The translations under genes and the position numbers were made by a program. A stretch of 64,000 nucleotides of DNA from a virus. Taxonomy: Duplodnaviria; Caudoviricetes. Under the pieces are notes generated by a model, which had not been told where the DNA came from, searched no databases, and saw only the letters and a list, made by a program, of their open reading frames with translations. The stretch spans positions 1-64,000 of the IMG/VR virus record IMGVR_UViG_3300028549_001457; one strand, given 5' to 3'. Positions 18,168 through 26,869 of this stretch are shown here, one piece after another (within the stretch, counting starts at the first letter, position 1; every line of letters begins with the position of its first letter).

Positions 18168-19763
18168 ATGATACATGTATCGAGACTCTTAATAGCAAGA
18201 AATATAATTGCTACAATTAAACGAATTATTGTAGCTGCTGCGGGGGAAGCTGAGGTAGATCGGGTTAGCCTTGAGACTATGGGCTCAGCCATTAGGGACC
18301 TCATAAAATTATGGAGTGAAACCCCCATTGAGTTCAATGGCGAGATGACATACCCACCAATTAATATTGATGGGATGCCAAACCCCGAGGCATGGTTATA
18401 TTATAAAGCTAAACCGCGTGTGGTGAACTCAAATGTTCCCCTATCCGAGTTAGCTACAGCTATTATTGACAGCATGACTGCTCTGGATAATCCAGCTACC
18501 AAAACCATGCAGAGGGGTGTTACTAAAGCTAGATCAATCAAGGACTGGATGCATATCTGGATGCAGGTTGTTTACAATGGATCGGCTCCGGGGTCCGCAT
18601 ATACAGGCCCGGCATACGGAACCTTAAAGAGCCCCGAGGCTATTGCGGCATTTAACCAGCTATTTTGGGGAGGTTTGCAGGTAAGAGTCCAAAAAATGGC
18701 GTCTGATATGGTGAAATCTAGAGGAAATGGGTCTACAGTATCTCTCTCGGGAGAGTCTGCACCTCAACTAGCGGATACTACGTCTGATTTCAGAATTGAT
18801 GATAAGTTCCTCCCTGATTTAGCCGCATATGTGTCAAACTTGGAGCCTAGTCTAGCGAACCCTCTAAAACTCATGATGAGATTTATGAACGGATCCCTAA
18901 ATGAGGAAGTTTCGGAGACACAAAAAGAGGAGATTCGTCAGGCGGTGCTAGCGGTAATCCCAGAATTTAGGGAGGAATACCCAGAGTATGACGCAGACTT
19001 CATCTCCTATTTTAGAAAATTCTCTAAAGAGATCAATGAATACGTCCCTCAGAAAGCATATAAGCAAGAAAAGCAATTCAGCCCAAAACAAGCTTTCCTG
19101 GATGCAATGGAATCTGGAATGATTATTAGAGGGAATGTCCAGAAGGGCTCAGGGTATACACCCCCAACACCCCCAGCTAAGCATGGCACCTGCTTTAAAA
19201 ATCCAGGTAGTGTAGACGGACAAGCATGGAGACAGGCGGGGTTCACAGAGTCTTTGGATAGGCTGACTGCAAATTTACGTAAAGAGGGTTATGATATCTC
19301 TGTGCAGACCAAGCCAGGGGCTGAGAGCCTCCCTGGATGGGCGGAAGCTAAGGCGCGGGGGTCTGTCTGGAGATACAGGATCTATACTCTAATCAGCGCA
19401 CCCCAAAAAGAGCGTATAGCTTCATACAGAACTTCATCAACCAAGATGGACGCTAAGACGGTGAAACGTATTAAGGCCCTCTTATGGTCTGTGGGACAAT
19501 CCCCTGTAGCAGATATTCCTTTAGAAAGTATTCAGAAAATTTTAAAAGAAGGTGGGTATACACTTACTCAGGAGGATGGAACCCCATGGGAAGGGTTTAT
19601 ATTCGCACCAACAGAAAGCCAGCAAAGAGAACTTTTTGAGATTGGCAAGCTTCCCAAGACAGATAATCCCTTGGAAGTCTGTGAGCCAATAGACACAAAG
19701 CTCCTGCTTACATGGTATAAATTTCAGACGGGGAAATACGAGGTAGTTGGCTACTTAAATTAG
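18168..19763 (+). CDS. Hypothetical, paralog of 16958-18139 with an extra C-terminal domain
   Basis: N-terminal IHVSRLLIA; VIPEF..YPEY...F.SY; SLDRLTANLRKEGY; YRIYTL; tail IPLESI...QEDGTPWEG...WYKFQTGKYEVVGYL. Confidence 0.55.
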   Translation: MIHVSRLLIARNIIATIKRIIVAAAGEAEVDRVSLETMGSAIRDLIKLWSETPIEFNGEMTYPPINIDGMPNPEAWLYYKAKPRVVNSNVPLSELATAIIDSMTALDNPATKTMQRGVTKARSIKDWMHIWMQVVYNGSAPGSAYTGPAYGTLKSPEAIAAFNQLFWGGLQVRVQKMASDMVKSRGNGSTVSLSGESAPQLADTTSDFRIDDKFLPDLAAYVSNLEPSLANPLKLMMRFMNGSLNEEVSETQKEEIRQAVLAVIPEFREEYPEYDADFISYFRKFSKEINEYVPQKAYKQEKQFSPKQAFLDAMESGMIIRGNVQKGSGYTPPTPPAKHGTCFKNPGSVDGQAWRQAGFTESLDRLTANLRKEGYDISVQTKPGAESLPGWAEAKARGSVWRYRIYTLISAPQKERIASYRTSSTKMDAKTVKRIKALLWSVGQSPVADIPLESIQKILKEGGYTLTQEDGTPWEGFIFAPTESQQRELFEIGKLPKTDNPLEVCEPIDTKLLLTWYKFQTGKYEVVGYLN

Positions 19764-20001
19764 GCGTGAGACTAGCTTTTAGCAGAAAAGTTAGGTGGTA
19801 TTAATGGTGTCGTTCCTTGCTGAACTCCACGGGGGGCAACCAGACCTTAGATCAACCCTTACACTTGCCAATAACTTTTTTATTTTTCAACGACGAAAAA
19901 GGAAGATTTTGGATTTCGTGTAGCGATTGTGTCGAAACTAAGGATCCCATAAGGCCAATATCTTTTCGGAGAAATTGCTGGTTAGGTGCGACAAAACTTT
20001 T

Positions 20002-20028
20002 AAAAGGACCTTCAGAGGTCCTTTTTTT
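20002..20028 (+). terminator. Intrinsic terminator
   Basis: AAAAGGACC / GGTCCTTTT stem plus T-tract. Confidence 0.8.
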
Positions 20029-20059
20029 ATTTTGGTGAAAAATTTTTCCCGGTATATAA

Positions 20060-20215
20060 GGTCATCAGAACTCTCACCCCGCCGCCGCTCATACTAATCC
20101 CGCCACTCTCGAAGTTCCCGCCGCTGCTCCCAATAATCTCCCAGACAATCTCCTTAATAATAATCTCAATCTCATCCTTCTCCTTAATACCCTTAATGCT
20201 AAGAAAACAAAATGA
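20060..20215. other. Low-complexity, C-rich/G-poor, triplet-periodic segment with no start codon
   Basis: Runs of CCG/GCC, AAT, CTC, CTT; the open frames on both strands lack an upstream in-frame ATG. Confidence 0.6.
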
Positions 20216-20279
20216 ACGTAGTGAATGTGTGATTAGGTTCTTTGAAAATTAGTAACACACTATATTACATAGGAGACCT

Positions 20280-20555
20280 ATGAGAAGACCTATTGACACA
20301 TTATCACCTAGCTTACAAGCTTCACACCGTCATGCTGTAATCAAGGAAGATCCTAACACCTTAACCATAGAGGGTCGTTGTCCTATCACCAAACGGTCCT
20401 GGACCCTCACAGTGGATAAGAAAGGCTATATAGCCTGGATGGGTGGCTCCCTAATTCAGAAAGCCCTTCCTGGTCTTTCTGATGAGGAACGAGAACTCAT
20501 TCTTAGTGGAGTTTCTTCTGAAGGTTGGAATACCCTATTTGGTTCTGAGGGATGA
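20280..20555 (+). CDS. Conserved phage hypothetical protein
   Basis: AGGAG RBS; GSLIQKALPGLSDEERELILSG pattern. Confidence 0.75.
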   Translation: MRRPIDTLSPSLQASHRHAVIKEDPNTLTIEGRCPITKRSWTLTVDKKGYIAWMGGSLIQKALPGLSDEERELILSGVSSEGWNTLFGSEG

Positions 20556-20773
20556 CTCCCCGGAATCTGGATTGGGTAGATGCTTCACCTGTTAAGAGCA
20601 TCCTTAGAAGCGTCTATTGGGCTTTGCCCGTTGCGTATCTCAGCCAACCCAGCTTTGATTTACTTGTTGAAGCCCATCCCAAGTTATTCGAACACCCTAT
20701 ACACCCCTCTCTAGCTCAAGTGGGTGTCCTAGGGGTTCTGTTTGGGAAACTTATTTTCCTTAAAAAGATCTAG
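20552..20773 (+). CDS. Hypothetical protein, possibly membrane-associated
   Basis: ATGA overlap with upstream gene; hydrophobic C-terminus. Confidence 0.55.
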   Translation: MTPRNLDWVDASPVKSILRSVYWALPVAYLSQPSFDLLVEAHPKLFEHPIHPSLAQVGVLGVLFGKLIFLKKI

Positions 20774-20787
20774 TGGCACGAAACTTC

Positions 20788-20817
20788 TGGATTTTTTACG
20801 TGAAGTCAGCGTATTAT
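20788..20817 (+). promoter_or_regulatory. Class-E promoter-like motif (TGGATT-N18-TATTAT)
   Basis: Recurrent motif upstream of the phosphoesterase/nucleotidyltransferase operon. Confidence 0.6.
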
Positions 20818-20839
20818 ACTCCATGGAGTGCTTTACCCG

Positions 20840-21442
20840 ATGATCTACTTTACCTCTGATCTGCATTATAATCATATTCGCGCACTGGAACTTATGCCTT
20901 TGCGCCCTTGGGCGACCTTGGAGGATATGAACGAGGGCCTCATTGAGAACCATAATAATGTCGTGAAACCCACCGATACTGTCATCATCCTAGGTGACTT
21001 TATTATGGGGCTCAAGTCCGAGACAGTTCCCAAGATAGTTCCTCGTCTTAATGGTGAGTTGCATCTCATTGTGGGCAACCATGATGCAGGGTGGGGAGAC
21101 CCTTCATCACCAAAAATTCAGGTCTACCTGGATAACGGTGTTAAGTCGGTTTGGCATGGGTTGGTTAGATTTGATGCCCTCCTTCGTGGGATTAATCATA
21201 TGATCCCATACACCTGCCCAACTCTGAATCTTTGCCATCTACCTTATAAGGGTGTGGCAGACCATACTGATTTGGATAGGTATGCCAACATTAAGCCTGA
21301 AAGTTCTCCAATAATGCTACTTCACGGGCACACCCACTCGTCTAGTCGGAAGACTTCGTCAAATATGATCCATATTGGTGTTGATTCATGGGATTGGTTC
21401 CCCGTTTCGTATAACCAAATTGTTGAAATGCTGGGGAGCTAA
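20840..21442 (+). CDS. Calcineurin-like metallophosphoesterase
   Basis: FTSDLHY, ILGDF, VGNHD, LCHLP, LHGHTH, IGVD motifs. Confidence 0.9.
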   Translation: MIYFTSDLHYNHIRALELMPLRPWATLEDMNEGLIENHNNVVKPTDTVIILGDFIMGLKSETVPKIVPRLNGELHLIVGNHDAGWGDPSSPKIQVYLDNGVKSVWHGLVRFDALLRGINHMIPYTCPTLNLCHLPYKGVADHTDLDRYANIKPESSPIMLLHGHTHSSSRKTSSNMIHIGVDSWDWFPVSYNQIVEMLGS

Positions 21443-21445
21443 CAC

Positions 21446-22366
21446 ATGGAAACCGTTTTTACAACTCTATATGGTTCCCATCTATTTGGGTGTGCAGTCG
21501 CATCTAGTGATGAGGATTATAAAAGTATCCATCTAGAAAGTCTTCAGGACATTCTTTTTAAAGACACCCATGCTCTGCAATCCAAAAATGAGTCTGGCCC
21601 GGTTAAGATTGAAGGCGAATCATATAGTCTTCGATTTTACCTAGATCGCTTAGCGTCTGGTAATGTCATTGCTATGGATATGTTTTTTGCACCGAAGTCC
21701 TTCTGGAGAGGTCCCCATAATACCGCTCTATGGGAAGACCTTCAGGAACTCGCCCCCCATATTTTGACGAGCAACATCAAGCCTTTTTGTGGTTATGCTC
21801 GTAATCAGGCTCTAAAATATGGCAACAAGGGTCTTAAGCTCCTCACTGTGCAAAAGGCTATTAAACTTCTAAATGCAAATGCTCCCTTTGAGGAGTTGCA
21901 GGTAGAACTGCGTGGTCTTGAAGGCATTAAGTTTACAACCGAACATGCCGCAGGTGGTGATATTCGCCATCTTAACATTTGTGGTAAGAGTTTTGGGGAG
22001 ACTACTGCCTACTCCCTATGGCTTCCGCCCCTTATTGAGCTAGAGGCTCAATATGGTGAACGTGCGAGATTAAGTCAGACCGGGTTGGACCTAAAGGCTC
22101 AGTATCATGCTGTTAGGATCTGCGCTGAGGCTATCGAGTTTTTGACTACTGGCCGCATCACATTTCCTCGTCCAGAAGCCCAGCTTCTCCTAAAGATTCG
22201 TTCAGGGTCATATGGCGAGGAGTCTTTACGTGACTTAGTTGATGCTATGATCTTTGAGTTGGATACCTGTAAGCCGCTTCCGACTCTTAGAAAAACACCC
22301 GACTGGGATGTTATTAATGGCTTCATTTATGATACTGAAAGGTCTTTCATTAAAAAACTCATCTAG
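21446..22366 (+). CDS. DNA polymerase beta-superfamily nucleotidyltransferase (T4 NrdC.11/RlaP-like)
   Basis: LYGSHLFG...SDEDYK catalytic motif; KAQYHAVRI...FPRPEA...IR.G tail. Confidence 0.82.
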   Translation: METVFTTLYGSHLFGCAVASSDEDYKSIHLESLQDILFKDTHALQSKNESGPVKIEGESYSLRFYLDRLASGNVIAMDMFFAPKSFWRGPHNTALWEDLQELAPHILTSNIKPFCGYARNQALKYGNKGLKLLTVQKAIKLLNANAPFEELQVELRGLEGIKFTTEHAAGGDIRHLNICGKSFGETTAYSLWLPPLIELEAQYGERARLSQTGLDLKAQYHAVRICAEAIEFLTTGRITFPRPEAQLLLKIRSGSYGEESLRDLVDAMIFELDTCKPLPTLRKTPDWDVINGFIYDTERSFIKKLI

Positions 22367-22409
22367 TATTCTACATACGTCTACGTCCCACTCCCCTAAA
22401 CAGTAGTAA

Positions 22410-23372
22410 GTGGATTTAAAAAAAACAACTATGTCACCTAAAGTCACCCTAACACTAGACTCAACCTGTTTTATGCTTAATAGCCTAGCTATGGGGGATG
22501 TCCTTGCAGCAGTCCCTGTCGTTAAATACATGGTTGAAGAGTATTATTCAGATCCAACCATGTATATGGTTGTGGCTAAGGAAATGTTTAAGCCCTTCTT
22601 CCACTTTATTCCTGAGGATCGTTTTCATTCTTTCGAGGATAAGGCTAATGATTGGGGTATTCCTCTTCATTTTGCCATTTCAGCTTTAAATCAAACAAAA
22701 GTGAAGTCTATTACTAGGAATACCCCCAGACACATGCACTTAGGGCAGTTTGCGTCTATTCGGCTTGCTAATAGAATCCTGGACCCAGGTTTCCTTAAAT
22801 ATGTCCCCTTGAAGCAGGTTGATATTTCACGTTATGGGGTTGATTTCTCCAAATCGGTTATCCTTGTAACCTCATATAGAGATGCAACAAGAGCTTGGTC
22901 AGCAGACTCTATTCTTGAGACTGCTGAATATATTCAGCAACGAGGGTTTATCCCTGTGTTTGTGGGTAAAACAGATATGAATGTTGAGCTTAATCTGAGC
23001 CCAAAAACAAGCCTGCCAGAGAAACTTACCCTTGGGGTTGACCTCAGAAATAATACGTCTATTGAAGAATTAGCATCCATCATGGGTTTATCTAAGGCTG
23101 TGTGTGGTCTAGATAGTGGCCCCATACACTTAGCTGGTACCACATCTGTCCCTATTATTTGTGGGTATACATCAATCCTCCCCGAGTATAGGATCCCCTA
23201 CAGAGACAAGGGGGCTACCTACTCAATTCTTCCAGATATCCCCTGTATTGGGTGTGAATCTAGGTGGCAATCCCATTTCTGGAATTGGGAGAAGTGTTAT
23301 CTTGGACATATTGACTGTTGTAAGTCGATGACCTCCGATAAATTTATCCACTACCTGCAGGATATCCTGTAA
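22410..23372 (+). CDS. Glycosyltransferase family 9 (heptosyltransferase-like)
   Basis: AMGDVLAAVP; SIEELASIM..SKAVCGLDSGPIHLAG..VP. Confidence 0.85.
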   Translation: MDLKKTTMSPKVTLTLDSTCFMLNSLAMGDVLAAVPVVKYMVEEYYSDPTMYMVVAKEMFKPFFHFIPEDRFHSFEDKANDWGIPLHFAISALNQTKVKSITRNTPRHMHLGQFASIRLANRILDPGFLKYVPLKQVDISRYGVDFSKSVILVTSYRDATRAWSADSILETAEYIQQRGFIPVFVGKTDMNVELNLSPKTSLPEKLTLGVDLRNNTSIEELASIMGLSKAVCGLDSGPIHLAGTTSVPIICGYTSILPEYRIPYRDKGATYSILPDIPCIGCESRWQSHFWNWEKCYLGHIDCCKSMTSDKFIHYLQDIL

Positions 23373-23381
23373 GGAGGCTTT

Positions 23382-23705
23382 ATGTATTCCAAGTATCACA
23401 CTCTCATGTATACTAAGTTGAATAGCTTTGCGTTAGTTTCAGAACTAGGGACTTCAGTGTCCCCTACTTTAGGATCTATACAATCTGCAGTCTTCATGGA
23501 TCTATTTGAGGACACCTCCTATTTCAGGGTTGATACGCTTCATCGCAACCCCTTGTTTCCAAAGGACCCTTTTGTCACACTTATTTGGGAATGCAACTCA
23601 GAGGGGGTTCGGAGATATACGAAAGAGGGTCCCGTGATTACAGGGGTTGGAGCTTCCCGTGATGAAGCTCTTCAAATGCTCGAAGATACCTACCCAATCA
23701 GCTAG
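23382..23705 (+). CDS. Hypothetical protein
   Basis: 107-aa ORF with AGGAGG RBS. Confidence 0.65.
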   Translation: MYSKYHTLMYTKLNSFALVSELGTSVSPTLGSIQSAVFMDLFEDTSYFRVDTLHRNPLFPKDPFVTLIWECNSEGVRRYTKEGPVITGVGASRDEALQMLEDTYPIS

Positions 23706-23732
23706 ATTTTTTCAGGTTTAGTGGCGTATTTT
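23703..23732 (+). promoter_or_regulatory. Class-E promoter-like motif (TAGATT-N18-TATTTT)
   Basis: Recurrent motif upstream of the 23767 operon. Confidence 0.55.
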
Positions 23733-23766
23733 ATGTAACCCTCTCCGGAGGGGTGGAGCCAAATTT

Positions 23767-24438
23767 ATGCCGCGCATTGTTTTTATTGCAGATACCCATC
23801 TTAGGCACAATTTTAAGGTGCCAAATGGGGATATCCTTGTCCACGCTGGGGATCTAACAGGGCGTGGAACTATTCATAATAATGAAGTGGATATGGCGTT
23901 GCAGTGGATTGCCGATCTCCCCCACACCCACAAGGTGGTTATCGCTGGCAATCATGATATTCTTTTCGAGACGCATTCCACCCTCGCTAAGGATCTTGTC
24001 CCAGAAGGTGTTCACTATCTACAAGATACTGAAGTCACACTCATGGGCCTCCGCTTCTATGGAGCCCCATGGACCCCTGCATTTTGTAATTGGGCGTTTA
24101 ATGTCTATGAGCAAGAGGAGTTAGCTGAAAAGTGGGCACTTATCCCTGAGGGGGTTGACGTTCTTATAACGCACGGACCCCCCTTTGGCATTTTGGATAA
24201 AACAGTTGACCATTATGAGCGTCTGGGGCAGCATGTGGGGTGTCAGGAATTACGAGCCCGTGTCCGTCACATCAAGCCCAAGGTCCATGTTTTTGGGCAT
24301 ATCCATAATCAATATGGGCTTGCAACGGTGGAGGGGACTACATTTATCAATGCCTCGGTGTGTAATGAGAAGTATCAACCTGTGCATGAGCCCATTTGTA
24401 TTTATGTTGATGCTCCTGGGGATGGTGGTAATGTCTGA
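23767..24438 (+). CDS. Metallophosphoesterase (MPPED-like)
   Basis: IADTH, HAGDLT, AGNHD, LITHGPP, FGHIH, INAS motifs. Confidence 0.9.
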   Translation: MPRIVFIADTHLRHNFKVPNGDILVHAGDLTGRGTIHNNEVDMALQWIADLPHTHKVVIAGNHDILFETHSTLAKDLVPEGVHYLQDTEVTLMGLRFYGAPWTPAFCNWAFNVYEQEELAEKWALIPEGVDVLITHGPPFGILDKTVDHYERLGQHVGCQELRARVRHIKPKVHVFGHIHNQYGLATVEGTTFINASVCNEKYQPVHEPICIYVDAPGDGGNV

Positions 24439-24658
24439 TCCAACTAAAGATCTAGAGGCTCTTCGATCCTGCTTGTCTGAAGTTGAGGACCTTCAGACCA
24501 TTTTGCATAGTAATGACTACTGGTGGACAAAATATTCTAAAGAAGTCTCCGAAAGGGTTCGTTTACAGGAAGCTCTTCAGACCATCGCAAATCACGAATT
24601 AGGTGGGCCTGAAGAGCATTTGGTTCTCTTCGCACGAAAAACACTCAGTAAGCTGTAG
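24431..24658 (+). CDS. Hypothetical protein (75 aa; true start within track ORF 24185-24658)
   Basis: ATG 24431 overlapping the upstream stop region. Confidence 0.6.
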   Translation: MSDPTKDLEALRSCLSEVEDLQTILHSNDYWWTKYSKEVSERVRLQEALQTIANHELGGPEEHLVLFARKTLSKL

Positions 24659-24665
24659 GGGTTTT

Positions 24666-25046
24666 ATGGCTAGAGTCTTTGTATTTGGGTCAAATAGGGC
24701 AGGGAGGCACGGAGCTGGTGCGGCTAAGTTTGCTCTAAAAAATCACGGAGCTATATGGGGGTGTGGGGTTGGGCTACAAGGGGGCTCCTATGGGATTCCA
24801 ACTAAGGACTCTTTGCTTGAAGTTTTACCTATATTCTCTATTAAGGTCTATGTTGTAGATTTCTTGATATTTGCTCTGGATAACCCAACCTTAGAGTTTG
24901 ATGTTACTAGAATAGGTTGTGGATTAGCTGGGTTTCGGGACGAGCAGATTGCACCCATGTTTTCGTCAGCACCAAGTAACTGTTATTTCCCCACCGAATG
25001 GGCTCCCTATCTAGGGCCTTCCTGTAAATATCACGACCTTCATTAA
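24666..25046 (+). CDS. Macro-domain-like (ADP-ribose-related) phage protein
   Basis: VFVFGSNRAGRHGAGAA...SYGIPTK...VTRIGCGLAG. Confidence 0.7.
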   Translation: MARVFVFGSNRAGRHGAGAAKFALKNHGAIWGCGVGLQGGSYGIPTKDSLLEVLPIFSIKVYVVDFLIFALDNPTLEFDVTRIGCGLAGFRDEQIAPMFSSAPSNCYFPTEWAPYLGPSCKYHDLH

Positions 25047-25057
25047 TAGGAGTTTAA

Positions 25058-25903
25058 GTGAGCCATTTTAGTGTTATGGTTATTGGGACTTCTGAGTTAG
25101 AGGATATCTCGGAAATTCTATACCCCTACCAGGAGTCCTCTGACAACCCAGCTAGCGACTCGCGGTTTATTTTTGAGGACCATACGGATTCTGTCTTCAA
25201 GAAATATAATAATATGGATACATCTCTAAGAGCCTCCTGGAGTGATGTTAGAAATAAAAATAATTTAGAGCATAATTTAATTAACTTTGGAAAATGGTAT
25301 GGAGGGTATTCCGTAGTTAATGGTAGACTTGGGGTCTACAGTAATCCTAACAGTCAATGGGATTGGTGGGAGGTAGGTGGACGCTGGACCGACTTTTTTA
25401 AACATAAGGATGGGTCTTTTGCAGATTCCATCACCTTGGAAGAGTGGGATTTTAAGGGGCAGATGCGAGAGGCCGAGATTTCCGCAGGACGAGATTGGGA
25501 TATCGCGCAGGGCCTAATTAGCAAGGCACCACCTTTTAAAACTTGGAAACACTTTGTTGATCTCATTGACAGTAAGGCTATTTCCCTAGACGAAGCACAA
25601 TCCTTGTATAACGCTCAGGATATCTTTTCCGTGTGGCGCTCCAACGAAAATCCCACGCTAAATTATTGCTCAGTGGATGCTTTTTGTGTCTCAAGGGACT
25701 CATATGTGTCCGAAAAGGCCCTTCGGTCTACCCTCCCCTTCGCGTATATTCTAGACAAACATTGGGTTGAGAGGGGTAGTATGGGGTGGTTTGCCCTTGT
25801 TTCCGGTGAGATTGATATTCACTCATGGGCCACCACTTTTTTCAAAATGTTGGAAACCCTGGACCCTAGAACTAAGCTCACTATCGTAGATTGCCATATT
25901 TAG
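25058..25903 (+). CDS. Conserved phage hypothetical protein
   Basis: SHFSVMVIG...NPNSQWDWWEVGGRW...W.ERG.MGWF...DCHI. Confidence 0.75.
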   Translation: MSHFSVMVIGTSELEDISEILYPYQESSDNPASDSRFIFEDHTDSVFKKYNNMDTSLRASWSDVRNKNNLEHNLINFGKWYGGYSVVNGRLGVYSNPNSQWDWWEVGGRWTDFFKHKDGSFADSITLEEWDFKGQMREAEISAGRDWDIAQGLISKAPPFKTWKHFVDLIDSKAISLDEAQSLYNAQDIFSVWRSNENPTLNYCSVDAFCVSRDSYVSEKALRSTLPFAYILDKHWVERGSMGWFALVSGEIDIHSWATTFFKMLETLDPRTKLTIVDCHI

Positions 25904-25951
25904 CTTTTATATACAAAGACCGTGGGTCTTTTAATCTAAAATGGGGCTAAT

Positions 25952-26140
25952 ATGAACTTGGCAACGTTAGAAATAAATCGTAAGTCGGTTCCCGAGCGCA
26001 AAATTATAGCCCTTCTGGAGGAAGCCTTCATTTGCCGTAGTAATCAAATTCCCATGAGTATTGAGCCCGATGTCCTTTTAACCCTTCTTTATTCCTATGA
26101 GATGGCTATTAACTCAGCTTCTCATAAGGCCCGTAGGTGA
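25952..26140 (+). CDS. Hypothetical protein
   Basis: 62-aa ORF, co-oriented. Confidence 0.6.
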   Translation: MNLATLEINRKSVPERKIIALLEEAFICRSNQIPMSIEPDVLLTLLYSYEMAINSASHKARR

Positions 26141-26143
26141 TTC

Positions 26144-26314
26144 ATGGAAGATAACACAGCCCTCTTGAAAGCCTCCTATCGGGCAATGGTAGCTCTTCCA
26201 GAGGTTATGCGGGAGCGAGACGCTCTTCGTGATCTGCTGCGACAGGCGCTTCCATTTGTGGAAGCCTCGGATAACTTAAATTTGTTAGCCGCCATCAAAA
26301 ACTCACTGCAGTAG
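26144..26314 (+). CDS. Small hypothetical protein (56 aa, below track cutoff)
   Basis: MEDNTALLKASYRAMVALPEVMRERDALRDLLRQALPFV...; AGGTG RBS. Confidence 0.6.
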   Translation: MEDNTALLKASYRAMVALPEVMRERDALRDLLRQALPFVEASDNLNLLAAIKNSLQ

Positions 26315-26344
26315 TGTATTTTTTGATGTAAGCCGCCGTATCTT
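26315..26344 (+). promoter_or_regulatory. Class-E promoter-like motif (TGTATT-N18-TATCTT)
   Basis: Recurrent motif upstream of 26388. Confidence 0.6.
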
Positions 26345-26387
26345 GTATAGACCCATTCAAGGGTCACTCTCTTTAGGGAGGTCTTAA

Positions 26388-26813
26388 ATGACTATCAACG
26401 AACTTGTCTACGAAGAAATTCATAAGTCCTTGACAGGGATTACATCTTCAAAGATCTGTGATATGCACCCCGAAATCCCTCGCGGAACCATTACGTCTGC
26501 CGTGGCAAAGCTTCGGCACAAGGGTCGGGTTGTCAGCGAGGTAGTGGGTAAAGAAGCACTACTCTTCTCAGATAAGGTTCACGCAATGCGTATGGCTATC
26601 CCCCCTGAGTATAATCAGAGGAAGCGTCTTGATAAGGATGTTCGGACTACTCTCAAGCCCTTTGCAGAGTTTGCTCGTTTGATGCTTAAGAACTCACCTA
26701 CCGGGAATTCTTCAGTTTGGCTTTCGGCAACCACGCAGACTCCTACAGTTCAGCTTGCAGAGGGTAAGTGGTTCCTAGACGCCCTGGAACTCTTCAATAC
26801 GCTTGAAGGTTAA
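26388..26813 (+). CDS. Putative winged-helix DNA-binding protein
   Basis: ITSSKICDMHPEIPRGTITSAVAKLRHKGRV; GGAGG RBS. Confidence 0.55.
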   Translation: MTINELVYEEIHKSLTGITSSKICDMHPEIPRGTITSAVAKLRHKGRVVSEVVGKEALLFSDKVHAMRMAIPPEYNQRKRLDKDVRTTLKPFAEFARLMLKNSPTGNSSVWLSATTQTPTVQLAEGKWFLDALELFNTLEG

Positions 26814-26869
26814 TCTGGATACAACTAAACGGAACACCTACTTTTTCTTTTGGGGAGGTAGGTATTCCC

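Noticed and set aside
19817-20038. 73-aa ORF in the track
   Set aside because: It runs through a clear terminator and has a weak start; a 39-aa alternative from ATG 19804 is also unsupported
20060-20215. tmRNA, because of a start-less open frame
   Set aside because: No tRNA-like acceptor/T-arm ends and no ALAA-type tag terminus
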